Source: an uncultured archaeon (lineage in GTDB: Archaea > Aenigmatarchaeota > Aenigmatarchaeia > CG10238-14 > EX4484-224). Taken from it: 64,000 nucleotides of DNA. The stretch spans positions 11,210 through 75,209 of the forward strand of contig CAZGBT010000002.1 in NCBI GenBank assembly GCA_964524025.1, written 5' to 3'. The notes beneath the pieces are model-generated. The model was given only the letters and a program-made list of their open reading frames with translations, did not search any database and was not told the DNA's origin. Position 1 is the first letter of the stretch. The number at the start of each line of letters is the position of its first letter. Shown here one piece after another: positions 1-10,448 of the stretch. A program made the position numbers and the translations under genes.

Positions 1-3000
1 TTTGCATTCATAACCTTCTGGACATCCACAATCTATGCAGCAAGTTTGCCAATTTTCGTTTACATCACAAATATTATTGCCACACAAGCCAGTAAGAGTT
101 ATTAGAGGTGGCTGAAATGCATTAAATTCGTCTAATGCAACCCCTTTCTTTAGATAGTACTCGATCTTATATTGTCTATCTTTTTGAATAGAATTCCAAA
201 CAAACATGTAAGAAGGATCTGGATCAAGAAGATAGACATTTGCGTCTGTTATTACTTTTACTTCTTCAGCCTTTCTAGCTATCGATTTAGGGATTGTGTC
301 GTATAAAATAAGATTGGTCACCTTGCCTGGACCATGATAAGAAAAGGTTAAGACAATGCTCGTTGCGTTTCCGATGGAAGTCAAACTTCTCCTAACTTCC
401 AAATTTTTAACGAGAAATGGTGTTATTGAGTATATAAGCTGCAGGTTTTTCTCACTCAGTCCTAATTTAGAAATTAAAGCTTGCTTAAACTTAGGATGTG
501 AGTTTATTTCTCTTTCTACATTCTCCTTTGATAGAAGATTCTTTAAGATATACAATACTTCTCCTTCTATTCTAGTCGGAACTTTTGGTTGATAAGTTGG
601 AGTATATTCATAATAACTAGGGGTGTAAGCTTCAGTATATCTTTCTTCTGAAGGCGGTACATAAGTTTTTTCTGAAGGATAGGATTTCCCTATCATTTTC
701 ACAACAAATGCTAAGTGAGTGGTTCCATAGGTAAGCTTAACTAATTTGCTTTTGAAGGTGTAGTTAGTAGAGTTAAACGTTACGTTATAACTTCCTGCAT
801 AAAGATAAGAAAAGCTCACAGTTCCGTTTGTTGTATTCTTTGTTAGTTTATTCCCAAAAACATCTTTAGCTATATCTCCAGAAAGCGTATAGATTGTAAT
901 ATTGCCATCTACAGGTACATTATAATAAAATTCTTTTACCGAAATGTTAATGGATAGCGGATTTAACGTAATATTCGAGAAATAACCTTCTGAAGGCAAC
1001 CAAATGCTTTGATTTAAAATTCCATATCCGCTTCTATTTCCATCGATCGAACAAACGTATTCGCCTACTAAAGATGATGGTCTGACGTTTCTAAAGGTTA
1101 ATAGCCCACTAGCATTGGTTAGTCCTGCTAAAGGAATTCCGAAACCATTGGTTGCAATCATTCCGCCTAAATAAAGTGTAAGGTTGATGTTTTGGAGTGG
1201 AGAGGTGGAATTTGTAACGTTAAAAGTCAATTTTATATCATGAATTATTAAAGTTTTATTGTTCCCTGTAAATTCGTCTAAGCCAGGTTTTATTTCTATT
1301 GTTTCGGAAATCGGATTATAACCTTTATTTAGCAGGTTGCTAACATTAAGGATTAAGGAATAGTTTCCGTAAGGGATTGCCTCTAATAGGGCATAACCTG
1401 TTAAATCTGTAGCAGCTCTATACTCTTCTTTGGTTGCTAAATTAATTAAACTTAGAGAAGTTGCAATCCCTTCGTAACTTTCGTTCAAAACCCTAAGCAA
1501 ATATCTTGTTTCGTTAAAAACGAATTCGTAAAGATTAACTTTTCCAGCTTTTGTAACATTTATGATTGCAGAATTGTTTTTTCCATAAAAGTAAATCCTG
1601 GCAAGATTTCCAGAGAATTGAATTCGATGAACACCTATAGGAATCCTCTTAAAAATAACGCTTCCATTAACGCTAGTGTTGGAGGTCGGCAAGCTATAAA
1701 GGGTTACGTTTAAACCATTTATAGGTTCTCCTTCATCATCTGTTAAAGTTAGATTAACTAAGGTTAGGTTAAGCACTATATTTTCAACATACGTTTTTCC
1801 AGCCGAATAGTTTTTTATTCCACTAAAAACTCCATATCCTACTTCACTTCCGTTAATAATCAATCTTCCATCTTCAGAAGAAAATATTATACACTTAAGT
1901 GTATTGTTTAGCTGAACGCAATCTTCGTTCGAGGAGTTCAGAAAATAATGCAGCCATTTTATAGAAACGTTTGAGGTTATCGGAAGTCCATCTTCCCCAA
2001 TTACATTAAGTGAAAGTACAGAGGAACTAGCTGGCATGAGATAGAATATTATAGAAGAGTTTGGAGGCGTCAGAGTTCCTTTTTCTTCATAAGTTATGTA
2101 ATTAACTCTTTCTACAACAACGCTGTATGGCAAATAAAGAGATCTAGTTGAAGCATTTATCATAAAGCTTCCATCGGATGAGGTTTTAACTTTATAAGCG
2201 ACACAGTTCGTATAGTCACCATAGCATTTGTTTGATTTGATAATAATGGTAGCATTAGGAATGGGCTTTTCAGTTACAACCTTTTTTACATAACCAGAAA
2301 GTTTTCCAGCACCTTCTAAACCAAGAGGAAGTTCATAAGACTTTTTTTCTTCAAAGAAAGAGGAGAGATAGTTAGTAGAATACCCATCTGCAGAAACTTC
2401 TATACAATAGTGTTGAGTTATGCTAGAACCAGGTTGACGAGAGCTTACTTGGATAAAATAACCTCCTGTTAAATTAGAATTAAATTCGTATCTTACTTCA
2501 CCATCACAAGAAGATAAATGAAGTTTTATCGATGCATTGGGTATTGGTTCGTAACCCAAAACTATAGGTTGGACAAAGTTTTTGTCATAAACATAGCCTG
2601 TAAGATTAGTATTTCCAATAAGGTTAATTTCTAAATAACTTGTTCCACTTCTTGTAATTCCAAGCTCTAGTTCATCGTAACGGTTGTATCCAAAGGAATC
2701 GATAGTTATATAATAGCTAGTCCTTCCATCAATATTTATTGCAGCCATCCCATACGAATCTGTTTTTCCTGCGTTAGCAAATAATCTAACAGTTGGAACA
2801 AAATAATCTATATACTTTCCGAATCCAACAGATTCTCCATCAATTATAAAATTATAAATTCCTCCGGCAATTCCCAACTCTACCTCTCCACTTGAATTTG
2901 TCTTTCCTGAGTTAACTATACAGTTAGCTCCGTATTTTTCAATTATAACGTTTACCCCTTTGATTGGATTACCGTCCTTATCTGTAACCCTAAAAAGAAT

Positions 3001-6000
3001 ATAGAAATTTGGTTCTTCTGGACATAAGTTTAAAGATGGGTCTATTTCTACATAATTTTCTTTTCCAGCTTTTGATACGTCTAAGACAAAAAGTGTTGAA
3101 TTTATTTTCCAAAGGGAGTCGAATTTTTCTATAGTAATGTTGTATTTGCCTAGCGGTAAATACTCAAAAAGCGCTTCTCCATTATTGTCGGTTAAGTTAG
3201 CTAAAAGATCTCCTTTTCCGTTTTTTGCTATATTTCCTTTTTTGTCTACCAATACAACTAGTATGTTTTCTTGATCGTTAGTAGAGTTGAAAACATGAAC
3301 TATTAGTTTAGTTATGTTGAGCTTAACAGAGTAATAGTTGGTTCCTACTTTTACATTAACTTGAGTAACGTTTATGCCGTAACCATCTTCGCTTCCATTT
3401 ACTATTATTGTAAACAGACCGGTTGGAATTTTGTGGAAAGTAATTTTTCCTTTAGAAGTTATTCCACTAACGTTTAACTCTTTTAAAGAGACCTTTACCT
3501 CATCAACATTTTTTCCATTTACATCTTTAACCTCTATTTTCAAAACATTTTCTTTTAGATAAAAAACGTAAGGGTTATCGCTAGATCGAAAGACTTGAAT
3601 TTGAATTTTACTCCAATTATAACCTACGGAGCTACCATTAACGCTTAAATTATAAGAACCTGGAGCTAAATTTAAGTTAAAAACTACTATTCCGCTCGAA
3701 TTTGTAAGGTCAACAAAAATATGTGTTTCATTTTCAAGGATTACTTCTACTTCTTCTAAAGGCAGGAAAGTATCCATATCATAAACTTCTACTCTAACAG
3801 AGGTGGTCTCTAGTTTATAGCTTCTTGAAATTTGACAGTTAGGAATAAACGTTAAATTTAACCAGGAATTGAATAAACTGTAACCAGTTTTGTTCAGAGT
3901 AATATTGTAGTTTCCTTTGGCAATTCTTGAAAATTCTACTTTCCCTTCAGTAGAAGTTAAAGCAGTAAGTAAGGTGCCATCAACAGATCTAGCTATTTTT
4001 CCATCTGTAAGATTCCATATTGTAACATTTACGTTTTCCACGTAAGCATTGCTTTTGTTAGTTACATAGATAGTTAATTTAGTTGGATGGAGAGTAACTT
4101 TAATTATATTCTCTTTTTCTGGTTCTACATAAAAATTTGAAATCGAAAAATAAGAGTAACCGTTCGTTCTTCCATCAACTATTATATTCTGAAGGGAAAC
4201 CATACCAGTAAAATTAGCCCATCCATCTAAAGTTAAAATGCTATGGGAACTTGTAGAATTAAAAACTGTAACGTTAATCTTATCAAGCGGATTTCCTTGA
4301 TCGTCCTCTACAAATACATTAATTGTTCCTGGATAAGGAATCAAAATAATTGGTTCGTCTGTATAATCATTAAAAGTGGGTCTTACTTTGAAAGATGTTG
4401 AATTGGAATAAAACTTTTCCTTACTTGCCGAAACTGTATAAACTCCTGGTGTTATATATTCGAATTCATAAACCCCATTTCCTATTTCTTTTGCCTCTTT
4501 TCCATTAAGCGTTAAAATAGCACCAGAAATTCCATTCAATAAAGGATCTACAACTTTTACCCTTAACCTTGTAGAATTTATAACAAATGTAAAATCATAT
4601 CTTCTACCGCCTTCTGGTATAAAAATCGTTGTAAATTCTTGAACACAACCAGCATCACTTCCGTTAATAAAAAGAACGTGCAAACCGGCAGGTATTCTTT
4701 CAAACGTAACATTTTCATTTCCATTAGAAGTTTCTTTTTCTTTGTCTAAAATCCTGACTTTTATACCATCCCTTTGCTCTATACCTCCTAGCGAATCAAT
4801 ACAAGAAACGTTTATATTTACTATTGTCTTTTCAAGCGTATAGTTAAACTCTGTAACGTTATAAAAATAATAAATTGAAACGTTAGCATTCGGTACGTAT
4901 TTGAATTTAGATGTAGCATACTTATCTAATACACGAACTTTAACTTGAGCAGGAAGTTCAACTTGATCAGAAAAATTCCCGCTTAGAGTTCCTATAGAAG
5001 GTATTCTTAAAGAAGGGTAACCTGGAGAATCTATTTTTATGTAATAATCTTTTCCACCCTCTATGTAAATTTTAGCATTTCCATTGTAGTCTGTGTAAGC
5101 TGTATATTCACACTTATCTGAAAAAGCAATGCAAACAAAAGAGTTGCCCACAGGTAAGCGGCTAAAAGCGTCGATAGTTGTAATGTTTATGAGAGTATTT
5201 CCTGTTATCCCAATATCTTTAACTAAATCCCATTTTCCTGTATCATCCCTATCATAAGGAAAACCTATATCTTTCGTAAATCCTTCTTTTTTTGGAAGAT
5301 AATTTTCTTTAATAACTTTTATGAAAAAATTAAAATCAACTCCTATATCAAGAGAATAATGGCCAGTAGAATTGGTTGATGTTGAATAGAAAACATTGCC
5401 TAAAGAATCTATAATTTGAACTTCAGCATTTTCAATTGGTTTGTTATTATAGTAATCAAATATTTTTCCTTCTATATGAGTTGCTCCCTTTAAAGCTATG
5501 CTACTAATACCCTCTTGAACAATCTTTATCTTATAACCTTCCTTTTCAAAAAATATCGTGTAGTTAGAAATTGTAGAAGGTATTCTTAAAGAATAAAAAC
5601 CCGATGAGTTAGTATAAGTTGAATAAACAGCAGGTCCTTCATCATCCTTTAAAATTACTTTTACTCCTTCGATATATTTTGAGGGATAAAGTCTTCCCTC
5701 GTCAAAAACGAAACCCTCTATTAAAGATTTTCCCTTAAGCTGAATTGAACCAAGATCTAGAGTAAATGCATCTGGAACTTTCTCAGAAACTAATGAGAAT
5801 ACTTCGTATCCAAGCTTTTCAAAAGACATGGAATAATTAACCCCACTCATCACTTTAATTGAAAACTCCCCATGCTGATCAGTTCTTCGTGAATAAACAG
5901 GACCATTAACTGCAACAAGAAGTATACTAGTATTAGGTAGAACTATCGAATTATTTTGGTAATCTATAACCTTCCCTTTTATTAAACCTTTACCAGTAAG

Positions 6001-7671
6001 TTGGATTATTCCATAATCATGGCTATTAGAATAAGGTGCTGGGTTCACATAATTTTCATACCCAGCTTTGGTAGCTTCAAGATAATATGAAAGTCCGCTT
6101 TTAATTGGAACTTGGAATTTTCCATTTTCGTCTGTATAAAAAGCGTAAAGAACATCTCCTGAAGTTGAATCTTTTATTTTAACAAGAACTTGAGGTATTG
6201 GGTAAGATTGATTGCTTGAATCGACAAACTTACCCTTAACTGTAGAAGATCCGTAAAGCGAAATGTTAAGCTGCTGGCTTCCAAAACCTACTCGGACCTG
6301 ACTTAGGTTGTAGCCAGAAGCATTTGCATGAACATAAAGGAAAGGATAATCAAAATCAGGAAAGCTTATTGAATAATATCCATTTTGATCTGTTGTTACA
6401 TTATAATAATAACCATCCCATCCAATCCTTTTTTGATTCGAATCATCCCAAAGTTCTATGAAAGCTCCTTCTATAGGCTTATTACTAATCCCGTCTTTTA
6501 CCCAACCAAAAATTTTGTTAGAACCTTCAAGAAAGATTACAACATGTTTTATATCCCCTTCCCTTAGAGAGTCCTGAACGGAGGAATTTAGCTTATAACC
6601 ATCTGCAGAAACATAAAAATTGTGAATAACAGATTGTTCGCTTGTGTTTGCAGGTACTACTAAACTAACAGAACCATTTAAATCTGTAAATCCTGTTTTT
6701 GAATCGCTCCATATAATTGTTACATTGGCATTAGGAATTGGTCTTAAATTCCAAATATCAAAAACTGAAATTATGTAAGTTCCATAATATTTTGAAGGAT
6801 AAATGGTTGCGTTCACTTCTTTAGATCCACTAAAATTTCCTAAGCGAAGAGTATGATAGCCTGGTTTAGAGAAATTGATGTAATAAATAAAGCTGCCACT
6901 TATTCTTAAGCAATAATATCCATTTGCATCTGTAAGTGTTGAGTAAAGAAGTTGATTAGAAGAAGAATTAAAGACGCTAACGTTTACATTTTCCATAGGT
7001 ATTCCTTCCGGATCCTTTACCCAACCTTTTAGTGTAGAATTTCCAAGCAAGAATATTAGCCTACTTCTTTCTACAGAAAAGTTCTGAAATAGGAGAGAAG
7101 AATTAACGAAGTATCCTTCTTTAATAACGGTAATGTTGTAAAGGCTTGTGGAATCGATAAAAAAGTAAGCAATACCATTCTCGTCTGTAAAATTTGAAAG
7201 AGAATGGGTAGAAGCATTTAATAAAACTCTAGCTCCTCCTATAGGTCTTGAAGTTGCCCTTTCCTTAACTTCAATAGAAACAAGAGTATTTGCTACCGTT
7301 ATGTTTGTATTAGTAGTCGAAAAGATATGCGTCTCGTTCATTCCAGTAGCGTTAAACCAAAGATTGCTCCCATCTTTTATTAAAGAAGAATTCCAAGAAC
7401 ATGTAAATTCTGTATCTGGATACGTATCGTTTATAACTGTACATAGAGGAATCCAATTCTTACCTTCGTCTCTTGAATAATAAAACGTAACATTAGTCGC
7501 GTGAATGGATGTTGATGCATTCAACAAATAAATACCTGAGATTACTTCGTACGATTTTGGAGAATTAAGAATTATTAAATTAGAATTCTGCTGACCTAGC
7601 AAAATGCAAATAAAAAGTAAGGAAGAGATAACTGTTGTACAGAGTAACAAAAATTTTGAAGCCAAATTCAT
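1..7671 (-). CDS. Giant secreted surface/S-layer-like glycoprotein (partial; C-terminus lies beyond window start), >2,556 aa, tandem CarboxypepD_reg/transthyretin-like beta-sandwich repeats
   Basis: ATG at 7671..7669 followed by signal peptide MNLASKFLLLCTTVISSLLFICILLG. My reading keeps one frame from 7671 to position 1 (spot-checked at 3772-3780: D-M-D; positions 1-30 read ...CPEGYECK). Recurrent ~80-aa modules with G-W-V-K-D ... P-I/L-x-x-A-x-V ... T-D-x-N-G-Y-Y ... G-x-Y motifs. Extremely frequent N-x-S/T sequons. Cys-rich C-terminal module (CGNNICDVNENWQTCCIDCGCPEGYECK) continues off-window. Only short antisense ORFs elsewhere in 600-7680. The ORF track does not list it, presumably because no stop codon lies inside the window. 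Confidence 0.72.
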   Translation of the reverse strand, partial: MNLASKFLLLCTTVISSLLFICILLGQQNSNLIILNSPKSYEVISGIYLLNASTSIHATNVTFYYSRDEGKNWIPLCTVINDTYPDTEFTCSWNSSLIKDGSNLWFNATGMNETHIFSTTNTNITVANTLVSIEVKERATSRPIGGARVLLNASTHSLSNFTDENGIAYFFIDSTSLYNITVIKEGYFVNSSLLFQNFSVERSRLIFLLGNSTLKGWVKDPEGIPMENVNVSVFNSSSNQLLYSTLTDANGYYCLRISGSFIYYINFSKPGYHTLRLGNFSGSKEVNATIYPSKYYGTYIISVFDIWNLRPIPNANVTIIWSDSKTGFTDLNGSVSLVVPANTSEQSVIHNFYVSADGYKLNSSVQDSLREGDIKHVVIFLEGSNKIFGWVKDGISNKPIEGAFIELWDDSNQKRIGWDGYYYNVTTDQNGYYSISFPDFDYPFLYVHANASGYNLSQVRVGFGSQQLNISLYGSSTVKGKFVDSSNQSYPIPQVLVKIKDSTSGDVLYAFYTDENGKFQVPIKSGLSYYLEATKAGYENYVNPAPYSNSHDYGIIQLTGKGLIKGKVIDYQNNSIVLPNTSILLVAVNGPVYSRRTDQHGEFSIKVMSGVNYSMSFEKLGYEVFSLVSEKVPDAFTLDLGSIQLKGKSLIEGFVFDEGRLYPSKYIEGVKVILKDDEGPAVYSTYTNSSGFYSLRIPSTISNYTIFFEKEGYKIKIVQEGISSIALKGATHIEGKIFDYYNNKPIENAEVQIIDSLGNVFYSTSTNSTGHYSLDIGVDFNFFIKVIKENYLPKKEGFTKDIGFPYDRDDTGKWDLVKDIGITGNTLINITTIDAFSRLPVGNSFVCIAFSDKCEYTAYTDYNGNAKIYIEGGKDYYIKIDSPGYPSLRIPSIGTLSGNFSDQVELPAQVKVRVLDKYATSKFKYVPNANVSIYYFYNVTEFNYTLEKTIVNINVSCIDSLGGIEQRDGIKVRILDKEKETSNGNENVTFERIPAGLHVLFINGSDAGCVQEFTTIFIPEGGRRYDFTFVINSTRLRVKVVDPLLNGISGAILTLNGKEAKEIGNGVYEFEYITPGVYTVSASKEKFYSNSTSFKVRPTFNDYTDEPIILIPYPGTINVFVEDDQGNPLDKINVTVFNSTSSHSILTLDGWANFTGMVSLQNIIVDGRTNGYSYFSISNFYVEPEKENIIKVTLHPTKLTIYVTNKSNAYVENVNVTIWNLTDGKIARSVDGTLLTALTSTEGKVEFSRIAKGNYNITLNKTGYSLFNSWLNLTFIPNCQISRSYKLETTSVRVEVYDMDTFLPLEEVEVILENETHIFVDLTNSSGIVVFNLNLAPGSYNLSVNGSSVGYNWSKIQIQVFRSSDNPYVFYLKENVLKIEVKDVNGKNVDEVKVSLKELNVSGITSKGKITFHKIPTGLFTIIVNGSEDGYGINVTQVNVKVGTNYYSVKLNITKLIVHVFNSTNDQENILVVLVDKKGNIAKNGKGDLLANLTDNNGEALFEYLPLGKYNITIEKFDSLWKINSTLFVLDVSKAGKENYVEIDPSLNLCPEEPNFYILFRVTDKDGNPIKGVNVIIEKYGANCIVNSGKTNSSGEVELGIAGGIYNFIIDGESVGFGKYIDYFVPTVRLFANAGKTDSYGMAAINIDGRTSYYITIDSFGYNRYDELELGITRSGTSYLEINLIGNTNLTGYVYDKNFVQPIVLGYEPIPNASIKLHLSSCDGEVRYEFNSNLTGGYFIQVSSRQPGSSITQHYCIEVSADGYSTNYLSSFFEEKKSYELPLGLEGAGKLSGYVKKVVTEKPIPNATIIIKSNKCYGDYTNCVAYKVKTSSDGSFMINASTRSLYLPYSVVVERVNYITYEEKGTLTPPNSSIIFYLMPASSSVLSLNVIGEDGLPITSNVSIKWLHYFLNSSNEDCVQLNNTLKCIIFSSEDGRLIINGSEVGYGVFSGIKNYSAGKTYVENIVLNLTLVNLTLTDDEGEPINGLNVTLYSLPTSNTSVNGSVIFKRIPIGVHRIQFSGNLARIYFYGKNNSAIINVTKAGKVNLYEFVFNETRYLLRVLNESYEGIATSLSLINLATKEEYRAATDLTGYALLEAIPYGNYSLILNVSNLLNKGYNPISETIEIKPGLDEFTGNNKTLIIHDIKLTFNVTNSTSPLQNINLTLYLGGMIATNGFGIPLAGLTNASGLLTFRNVRPSSLVGEYVCSIDGNRSGYGILNQSIWLPSEGYFSNITLNPLSINISVKEFYYNVPVDGNITIYTLSGDIAKDVFGNKLTKNTTNGTVSFSYLYAGSYNVTFNSTNYTFKSKLVKLTYGTTHLAFVVKMIGKSYPSEKTYVPPSEERYTEAYTPSYYEYTPTYQPKVPTRIEGEVLYILKNLLSKENVEREINSHPKFKQALISKLGLSEKNLQLIYSITPFLVKNLEVRRSLTSIGNATSIVLTFSYHGPGKVTNLILYDTIPKSIARKAEEVKVITDANVYLLDPDPSYMFVWNSIQKDRQYKIEYYLKKGVALDEFNAFQPPLITLTGLCGNNICDVNENWQTCCIDCGCPEGYECK

Positions 7672-7710
7672 CTAAATGAATATTACCTTAGAGCCATAAA
7701 TTTTGGAAAA

Positions 7711-8799
7711 CTACCTAGTAATTTCTGCTTTTTTAGCAAACTCAAGCAACCTCTTTGGTTTTTCCTTTTCAAAATGTTTCCTGACAGGTTCTAGGATTTC
7801 GTTTAACTTTTCTATTACAGCATTTTTTAGATCTAAAGGATGGATCTCTCCCTTTTTGTATTTTTCTTCAAGCTCCTTATAGCTTAGCACCTCAATGGTT
7901 CCGCCGAACTTTTCTTCTCTTTTTATAATTAACCTATCAAATTTCCTGAAAATTATATACTTGCAAATTTCAAGAATGGGGTTTCCTTCAACTTGCTTTG
8001 GTGGGCAGAAAGCAGCTAGAATCTTTTGTCTAACTTCTTCTTCACTATCATGTATGAATATGCAATTTTTTGGTTTAGACTTACTCATCTTTGAGCTAAT
8101 TTCTTGATCTATACTCTTGACTTCATCGTAACCGCCCATTTTTGTTGGACCTTGCAAACCTATTAATAAATGATGATGAACACAAACAGGTTTCTTTCTT
8201 CCCAATTTTGTGGCTACCTCTCTAGCTAGCATGTTAACTTTTCTCTGATCCATACCTAGCTGGCAAATATCAACGTTAAGCATAAAAATGTCAGTAGCTT
8301 GCATTATTGGGTAGAAAAGTTGGGCTACATGCTTAAGCTCCGCTTCTGTTCTGCCTAAAATTGTAAGGCATCTTAAAGTCCTTTTAAGAGTTACAAGCCT
8401 TCCTATTTTAAGGAATGTTTCCCAATATTCTGGTTTTTCTATAAGCTCAGAAGACCAAACTATTTTAACTTTTTCTACATCAACCCCGCAAGCTTTCCAT
8501 CCTTCTATAAAATACTCACCTACCTTTCTTATCGCGTCTATATCCCCTCCTAGTTTTTCGTTAATAAAGGCAAACCAATCTGCTATGTAAAGAATAAATT
8601 TGCAACCCGCATCTAACATATCTTGAAGTTTTATCGCTCTTAAAATTCCCGAACCCAAATGCAGCAAACCGCTTGGTTCAAAGCCGTCATATGCCACTGG
8701 ATGTTTCTTCTCTTCTAATAGCTTTCTTAATTCTTCTATTGTTATTATTTCCTCTGTTGGAGGTCTCGCAATTATTTTTAGTTTTTCTTCAACTTCCAT
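7711..8799 (-). CDS. tyrS: Tyrosyl-tRNA synthetase (class Ic), archaeal type
   Basis: GFEPSG-LLHLGSG (HIGH-region), GMDQRKVNMLARE, KMSKS. C-terminal FGGTIEVLSYKELEE...HPLDLKNAVIEKLNEILEPVRK closely matches the archaeal TyrRS C-terminal tRNA-binding region as I recall it; TrpRS rejected. Confidence 0.85.
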   Translation of the reverse strand: MEVEEKLKIIARPPTEEIITIEELRKLLEEKKHPVAYDGFEPSGLLHLGSGILRAIKLQDMLDAGCKFILYIADWFAFINEKLGGDIDAIRKVGEYFIEGWKACGVDVEKVKIVWSSELIEKPEYWETFLKIGRLVTLKRTLRCLTILGRTEAELKHVAQLFYPIMQATDIFMLNVDICQLGMDQRKVNMLAREVATKLGRKKPVCVHHHLLIGLQGPTKMGGYDEVKSIDQEISSKMSKSKPKNCIFIHDSEEEVRQKILAAFCPPKQVEGNPILEICKYIIFRKFDRLIIKREEKFGGTIEVLSYKELEEKYKKGEIHPLDLKNAVIEKLNEILEPVRKHFEKEKPKRLLEFAKKAEITR

Positions 8800-9036
8800 A
8801 AGAAAAAATTACATTTCTGGTTAAAGTCGTTATCGGACAACTTGCTTAAACCAGAAATTTTAAAAATGTTAAGTTTGAAAAATTTAAAATAATGCCCTCT
8901 CGAGCTGAATTATGTAGTTTATACTTCAGAATTCTCGTTAGCGATGAGAGGGGAGCGGTGGATTCTCTTGCCATAAACGCTTCCCCTTTCTTTATATCGG
9001 GTTGATAAGGAAGATTTACTTAAAAATGAAGAATTA

Positions 9037-9417
9037 TTGAACGAATTATCAAAAATTCCGAGGAAAAAACCTATAACAAAAGAGGAAATCGAAGAGTTAG
9101 ATGATAATCATGTAATCTATGGTGTATTCGTCGGGGAAGATGAAGGATATTTAGTAGGCTGCGTTGTCGCAAAAGAAGAAGATGACGCAGTAACACTTAG
9201 ATGGGGCGTTATGCTTCCGCCATATAGAGGCCTGGGAATTATGAAAACCATAGTAGCTTTGCTTACAACATTTTATGTTTCTTCGGGGAGAGATGTCAAA
9301 GCAAAAACGCACATATCAAAAACTCCTGCAGCCAATAGGATCTTTAGTATGTTAAAATTTAGTATAGAAAAAATAGAAAACGATGTTATATTCTGGAAAA
9401 AGAAAGGTATTAAATAA
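9037..9417 (+). CDS. Small GNAT-family N-acetyltransferase-like protein
   Basis: Motif A-like VMLPPYRGLGIMKTIVALL (V-x-P-x-YRG-x-G-I-x-x-x-LL). Only 126 aa. Confidence 0.45.
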   Translation: MNELSKIPRKKPITKEEIEELDDNHVIYGVFVGEDEGYLVGCVVAKEEDDAVTLRWGVMLPPYRGLGIMKTIVALLTTFYVSSGRDVKAKTHISKTPAANRIFSMLKFSIEKIENDVIFWKKKGIK

Positions 9418-9515
9418 CTTTTAATGCTTGCTTAGGTCGTCAAGAACCTGACTAACATCTTCGATTCCTAGCGTCCTTAAAACCAAAAAACAACTGGTCT
9501 TTATGAAAAATATCT

Positions 9516-10448
9516 TCATTTTATTAATCTTAGGATTAGTCGCAAAGCTTTTTCTAAAAACCTTTTTTTAATGTTCCCTATTGTATCAAGCCTAGTATGG
9601 TAGACTTCCTTCCATTTGTTCCCTGAAGAGCTTAAAACCAATGTTTTTCTCCAGAGCTCTGTATCTTTAATAGGAAATGCCAGTCTACAGATTTTCTTAC
9701 TTTTTAGCAAAATCGGTCTATCTAAACCTACCATATCAACGATAATTATTCTTTTAGCCAGTCGTAAAACGCTATGAAACTCTTCCTCAAAAATTCTATA
9801 ACCTTTTCCCCAGTAAATTGGTTTATCGTAAGAAAGTTCTTCACATCCAGAGATAACGAACAAGTTCTTTTTGAGGTTAGATTTAATCTTTATATTTTCA
9901 AACAAAAGAGCAACCCCCGCTGCATCATCGGCGGCTCCATTCAGTATACTGTCATAATGTGCAATCAATATATTCCTTGGTTTTTTTAGGTTTCCTACTA
10001 AAATATTAGCAGATGTATGACTTTTGGGTATAACCCTTACTTTACCGTCTATTTCTTCGGCCTTTATCACCTTGATTATATCCTTTCTTTTAATAGCTAA
10101 AGATGGTGCTCTGTAAAAAGTTGCGAGTGATATTTGACTTGAATAAGGGTTGAAGTTTATATTCTCTTCCTCATAATACTCTCCACTCACTGCCATTGAG
10201 CTTATTAAATTTTTTTCTTGAATTCTACCACTCTTAAAAGCTGTCGGTAAACATTCAACTTCTTCACCATCAACCCTTAAATAGAAGATTTTACTGAATA
10301 AAATTCTTGTTTTAAATTTCTGGAGCTGATAGTCAATGCCCATCAAAGATAGTAAACTTTCAAGAAATTTTCTTGCCTTTTTTTCATTTCCAAGCAGTCG
10401 AGGGGCAAACTTTTCTAACTCTTTGATTACAGTAATAGTCAAATGCAT
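9516..10448 (-). CDS. M28-family zinc peptidase-like protein
   Basis: IAHYDS (H-x-D), GAADDAAG, GCEELS (E-E), YHTRLD: the M28 metal-ligand pattern. Confidence 0.55.
   Translation of the reverse strand: MHLTITVIKELEKFAPRLLGNEKKARKFLESLLSLMGIDYQLQKFKTRILFSKIFYLRVDGEEVECLPTAFKSGRIQEKNLISSMAVSGEYYEEENINFNPYSSQISLATFYRAPSLAIKRKDIIKVIKAEEIDGKVRVIPKSHTSANILVGNLKKPRNILIAHYDSILNGAADDAAGVALLFENIKIKSNLKKNLFVISGCEELSYDKPIYWGKGYRIFEEEFHSVLRLAKRIIIVDMVGLDRPILLKSKKICRLAFPIKDTELWRKTLVLSSSGNKWKEVYHTRLDTIGNIKKRFLEKALRLILRLIK

Noticed and set aside
356-592. 78-aa plus-strand ORF from the track (and 6385-6567)
   Set aside because: Lies antisense inside the giant minus-strand surface-protein ORF; low-complexity translation; shadow ORF.
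7711-8799. Initial impression of tryptophanyl-tRNA synthetase
   Set aside because: C-terminal domain and GMDQRKVNMLARE region match archaeal TyrRS much better than TrpRS (which has a DQ-DPYFR-type motif).
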